Of a DNA stretch of 64,000 bases, positions 60,599 through 64,000 are shown in pieces. How positions within the stretch are numbered: the first letter of the stretch is position 1; each line of letters starts with the position of its first letter. Source of the DNA: an uncultured Chloroflexia bacterium (GTDB lineage: Bacteria; Chloroflexota; Limnocylindria; Limnocylindrales; CSP1-4). Both the position numbers and the translations under genes were made by a program. The DNA lies in the NCBI GenBank assembly GCA_963817095.1, contig CAWFND010000017.1:230451-294450 (forward strand), read 5' to 3'. The notes under the pieces were generated by a model. The model was given only the letters and a program-made list of their open reading frames with translations. It ran no database searches and was not told the origin of the DNA.

Positions 60599-61243
60599 TC
60601 ACGATCCCGCTCCCGCGCGGCGCCTCGCGACGTCCGATCGCCGAGAGCACCTCTCGTCCCCGGAGGGGAACGCCGTCGCGAGCTCATCCGCAGCGGATCG
60701 AAGGACGCTCCGGTTGTGCCGCGTATCGGCGACGAGAAGGATCATCGTCTCAACGTTGCCGTCTCGCTGTTTGAGCGAGAACCGGCGGAGAAGAGCCTGG
60801 ATGTCGCGTAACCGCGTTTCCGCCTCGACCGCCACCGCCCAGCCGGGACCCGTAACGACCGCATCCCAGGCACGAAGGTCGCCGGGAATCGAGAGAGGAA
60901 CCTCCGGGCGCCAGCCGAGACCGGCCGGGAGCAGCGTCCGGAATCGTGCGAGCAGTCCGAGCTGCGCCGCGTCGCGGACTCGGTCGCCGTTCGGATACGC
61001 GCGAAGCGGGATGTCTAGTCCGAGGACGACGCCGAGCCGCACGAGCGTCTCGTATCGAACGTTGCGGACCCTGCCACGCTCGATCCGGCTCACGTGGGAG
61101 TGCGAGACCCCGACCAGCTGTCCGAGATCGCGCTGCGCGAGCCCGGCCTGGAGTCGCGCCTCACGCAACTCGTCACCCACGCCGGTGAGTGCGCGCTGGA
61201 TCAATCGCTGGGCCCGATCGAGCCGCCGTTCGCGAGTCGCCAT
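60599..61243 (-). CDS. XRE-family HTH protein with a ~140-aa C-terminal domain of unknown function
   Basis: Start moved to ATG 61241-61243 (MATRERRLDRAQ...). HTH is LREARLQAGLAQRDLGQLVGVSHSHVSRIERGR. The C-terminal part (WDAVVTGPGWAVAVEAETRLRDIQALLRR) is not a family I can name. 214 aa. Confidence 0.72.
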   Translation of the reverse strand: MATRERRLDRAQRLIQRALTGVGDELREARLQAGLAQRDLGQLVGVSHSHVSRIERGRVRNVRYETLVRLGVVLGLDIPLRAYPNGDRVRDAAQLGLLARFRTLLPAGLGWRPEVPLSIPGDLRAWDAVVTGPGWAVAVEAETRLRDIQALLRRFSLKQRDGNVETMILLVADTRHNRSVLRSAADELATAFPSGDERCSRRSDVARRRAGAGS

Positions 61244-61486
61244 CGATGCAGGGTGCCAGCCTGCCCTGCACTGCGGCTCACCTGCATCTTGGTGCCCCCC
61301 AGGTGCACATGGAGCAGCCCGGCAGCGTTGGGCCGCCAGAAGCCACCCAAACTCGCCGGGTCGGTGCTCATGGGACACCGAGCGAGCAGATCCGGGGTCG
61401 ATGGGCAGCAAACGCGCGCGATGTGTGCTGCCGCGGCACCAAGGCGGAGTGGGGGGCGGGGAACCTCGGGCGCCCCAGACCACGGT

Positions 61487-61512
61487 GGTGAACTCGCAAA
61501 GGAAAGTTCACC
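61487..61512. promoter_or_regulatory. Inverted repeat upstream of secD (candidate operator or RNA hairpin)
   Basis: GGTGAACT-N10-AGTTCACC is a perfect 8-bp inverted repeat ending 37 nt before the secD ATG. Its function is unknown. Confidence 0.3.
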
Positions 61513-61549
61513 TCGGGGTCGCGGACCCTTCCTGTATCATCCGCCGCTG

Positions 61550-62914
61550 ATGCGCAAAGCCGGCCCGATTCTGATCCTCGTCATCGGCGTTCTCGCCCTC
61601 ATCGTGAACTTCGTTCCAGGTCTGACGCTCCCCGATTCGAGCGACACCGGGAGCCGTCCGATCGAGACGAAGCTCGGACTTGACCTGCAGGGCGGCCTCC
61701 GCGTCGAGTACCAGGCTCAGCAGGTCGGCGACAAGATCCCCGACGCGGCGGCCCTCGAGGTCATCCGCACGATCATCGAGAACCGGGTCAACGCGACCGG
61801 CGTGTCGGAGCCGCTCGTCACGACCCAGGGCAGCGACCGGATCGTGATCGAGCTGCCGGGCGTCTCGGACCCGGAGGCCATCCGCCGCCTCGTCGGCCAG
61901 ACGGGCCGCCTCGACTTCGTGCCGCTCGGCCAGGTGTCGAAGCAGAAGGGCGACGTCATCGACGAGACGCAATTCCCGCCGCTGTTCTCCGGGGAGCAGC
62001 TCGCCAGTGCCGCGATCGGCAGCGACCAGCTCGGCAAGCGCGTCGTCACGTTCAACCTGAAGGATCAGGGCGCCAAGCTCTTCGCCGCCTACACGGCCGC
62101 CCACATCGGCGACTACTTCGCGATCGTCCTCGACGGCAAGGTGATCTCCGCGCCGGTCATCAACAGCGCGATCCCGGGCGGCAACGTCCAGATCAGCCAG
62201 GACAACAGCATCGGCGGCTATCCGCTCGCGGAGGCGACCAACCTCGTCACGGTCCTCCAGTTCGGCTCCCTGCCGTTCCCGGTCGTCGAGCTGTCGGCCC
62301 AGACGATCAGCGCGACCCTCGGTGAGCAGTTCTTCAGCCAGAGCCTCCTGGCCGGCGCCGTCGGCATCGCCCTCGTGATCATGTTCATGCTGATCTACTA
62401 CCGGCTCCTCGGCGCGGTCGCGAGCTTCGCCCTGATCTACTACACGCTCGTCGTCCTCGCGATCTTCCGGCTCATCCCCGTCACCCTGACGCTCGCCGGC
62501 ATCGCCGGTTTCGTCCTCTCGATCGGGATGGCGGTCGACGCCAACATCCTGATCTTCGAGCGGATGAAGGAGGAGCTGCGCGTCGGCAAGTCGCTGCCGG
62601 CCGCCGTCGAGGCCGGCTTCGGTCGGGCCTGGAACTCGATCCTCGACTCCAACGTGTCGAGCCTGATCACGGCCACGATCCTGTATCTCTTCGGCTCGTC
62701 GACGATCCGCGGCTTCGCCCTCGTCCTGATCATCGGCGTGCTCGTGTCGATGTTCAGCGCGATCGTCGTCTCGCGGACGATCCTCCGCTGGATCGTCGCC
62801 CAGAGCTGGTCGCGCAAGGCCAGCCTCTACGGCGTGAGCGAGGAGGAGTTCGTCGCCGCCGGTCTGCCGCAGGGCCGCGCTCGCCTCCGAGGAGAGGCCC
62901 GCTCGCGTGTATGA
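61550..62914 (+). CDS. secD: Protein translocase subunit SecD
   Basis: ATG 61550 inside ORF 61094-62914 (MRKAGPILILVIGVLALIVNF...). Contains LGLDLQGGLRVEY, a periplasmic P1 domain and six C-terminal TM helices (GIAGFVLSIGMAVDANILIFERMKEE). 454 aa. Confidence 0.92.
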   Translation: MRKAGPILILVIGVLALIVNFVPGLTLPDSSDTGSRPIETKLGLDLQGGLRVEYQAQQVGDKIPDAAALEVIRTIIENRVNATGVSEPLVTTQGSDRIVIELPGVSDPEAIRRLVGQTGRLDFVPLGQVSKQKGDVIDETQFPPLFSGEQLASAAIGSDQLGKRVVTFNLKDQGAKLFAAYTAAHIGDYFAIVLDGKVISAPVINSAIPGGNVQISQDNSIGGYPLAEATNLVTVLQFGSLPFPVVELSAQTISATLGEQFFSQSLLAGAVGIALVIMFMLIYYRLLGAVASFALIYYTLVVLAIFRLIPVTLTLAGIAGFVLSIGMAVDANILIFERMKEELRVGKSLPAAVEAGFGRAWNSILDSNVSSLITATILYLFGSSTIRGFALVLIIGVLVSMFSAIVVSRTILRWIVAQSWSRKASLYGVSEEEFVAAGLPQGRARLRGEARSRV

Positions 62915-64000
62915 CATCATCGGGAAGCGGCGCTGGTTCTTCCTCTTCTCCGCCATCATCACGATCCCGGGTCTGCTCTTCATCCTCCTGACCTTCTTCT
63001 CGGGCGGCCAGGCGGGCCTCCAGTTCACGATCGACTACACGGGCGGGACGACCTGGCAGATCCGCTTCGCGGACCCGAACGTCACCGCCGACCAGGTCGC
63101 AGCGGTCTTCAAGGAGAACGGCCTCCAGGCGGTCGTCGTCAAGCAGGGCGACGGGTTCATGGACATCAAGACCGACCCGATCGGCCTCCGCCCGCCTGCG
63201 CCATCCGCGACGCCGGTCCCGACCCTCGCCGCCAGCCCCAGCGCATCGACCGCGCCGTCGGCTCCCGCCTCGAGCCCGCCGGCGCCGTCCGCATCGGCGC
63301 CTCCGGCCTCCGGTTCCGCGCCGCCGGCCGCGTCGGGCTCACCCGCCGCGTCGGGCTCACCCGTCCCGTCGACTTCGCCATCGCCATCACCATCGCCCAG
63401 CCCGTCCGCGACACCGGCGCCCTCGGCCAGCCCGAGCGCGGCCCCGAGCGGCTCGCCGTCGGCCTCGGGGTCGCCGTCGCCGTCCGCGTCGATCGCGACC
63501 GGCAACACGGAGCTCCCGACCGACGGCAAGGGCGGCGAGATGGTCAAGGCGCTCGAGGCCGCTCTGGGCCCGATCGCCGAGCAGGCGTCGCTCACGACGA
63601 TCGGACCGGTGGTCTCGTCCGACCTGATCCGCCAGGCGCTGATCCTCATCCTCGTCGGGTCGATCGGGATCCTGCTCTGGATCACCTACCGGTTCCAGGA
63701 CGTGAAGTTCGGCGTGACCGCGCTCGTCGCCCTCGTCCACGACGTCATCGTCGTCGTCGGGACGTTCGCGATCCTCGGGACGTTCTTCCGGGTCGAGATC
63801 GATGCCCTGTTCGTCACGGCGATGCTGACCGTCATCGGCTTCAGCGTCCACGACACGATCGTCGTCTTCGACCGGATCCGCGAGAACCGGGCTCGGCACG
63901 CCGGGGAGCCGTTCGAGGAGATCGTCAACCACTCGATCCTGCAGACCTTCGCCCGGTCGATCATGACGAGCTTCACCGTCGTCCTGACCCTGCTCGCCCT
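62907..64000 (+). CDS. secF: Protein translocase subunit SecF, 3' end beyond the window, with a ~105-aa Ser/Pro/Ala-rich insertion
   Basis: Not in the ORF track because it is open at the window end. GTG 62907 overlaps the secD 3' end by 8 nt. My translation is VYDIIGKRRWFFLFSAIITIPGLLFILLTFF...LQFTIDYTGGTTWQIRF...[S/P/A-rich]...LIRQALILILVGSIGILLWITYRFQDVKFGVTALVALVHDVIVVVGTFAILG...TVIGFSVHDTIVVFDRIREN. I checked the frame at both ends of the low-complexity block. Confidence 0.9.
   Translation, partial: MYDIIGKRRWFFLFSAIITIPGLLFILLTFFSGGQAGLQFTIDYTGGTTWQIRFADPNVTADQVAAVFKENGLQAVVVKQGDGFMDIKTDPIGLRPPAPSATPVPTLAASPSASTAPSAPASSPPAPSASAPPASGSAPPAASGSPAASGSPVPSTSPSPSPSPSPSATPAPSASPSAAPSGSPSASGSPSPSASIATGNTELPTDGKGGEMVKALEAALGPIAEQASLTTIGPVVSSDLIRQALILILVGSIGILLWITYRFQDVKFGVTALVALVHDVIVVVGTFAILGTFFRVEIDALFVTAMLTVIGFSVHDTIVVFDRIRENRARHAGEPFEEIVNHSILQTFARSIMTSFTVVLTLLA
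63327..63362 (+). repeat. Perfect 18-nt tandem duplication inside the SecF low-complexity insert
   Basis: GCCGCGTCGGGCTCACCC occurs twice (63327-63344 and 63345-63362), coding AASGSP twice. Confidence 0.85.

Overview
High-GC (roughly 65-70% by eye), densely coding bacterial chromosomal window. All calls come from reading the six-frame ORF track and the nucleotide sequence, using motif-level recognition only; no searches were run. The content is mostly housekeeping, with many replication and repair genes: dnaE, polA, mutM, uvrB, uvrA, uvrC and a UvrD-like helicase. Other genes include gatB, coaE, an ABC-F ATPase, secD/secF, and a LacI plus sugar-SBP locus. A six-gene operon encodes a BMP/nucleoside-type ABC importer and ends in a cytochrome P450 and a CoA-binding protein. 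There is an APH-like kinase plus class-III aminotransferase pair, and a partial tad (Flp pilus) operon (cpaB, two TadE-like genes, one TadG-like gene) with no pilin or ATPase. Also present are two ECF sigma loci, one two-component system, several large secreted PKD/HYR/PPC-domain proteins and one tRNA-Leu(CAA). I saw no rRNA, CRISPR array, transposase or integrase. The most unusual structure is that the dnaE translation-start region (about 70 bp) occurs three times in direct orientation, at 14419, 18047 and 19351. These copies bracket two cargo segments: a 3.6-kb segment with a Zn-ribbon/cyclase/STAND-ATPase/TPR gene and a 1.2-kb segment with an orphan lipoprotein gene. This looks like att-type scars of serial insertion at the 5' end of dnaE. 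Second, at least 14 single-base frameshifts interrupt otherwise well-conserved genes, including uvrA twice. At least six of them lie in short G/C runs, which suggests sequence error more than decay, except perhaps in a secreted-protein gene broken four times. Third, a near-perfect Cheo-type LexA box lies 30 bp upstream of uvrB. I cannot point to a clearly novel multi-gene system. The candidates listed below are hypotheses that need database and comparative checks.
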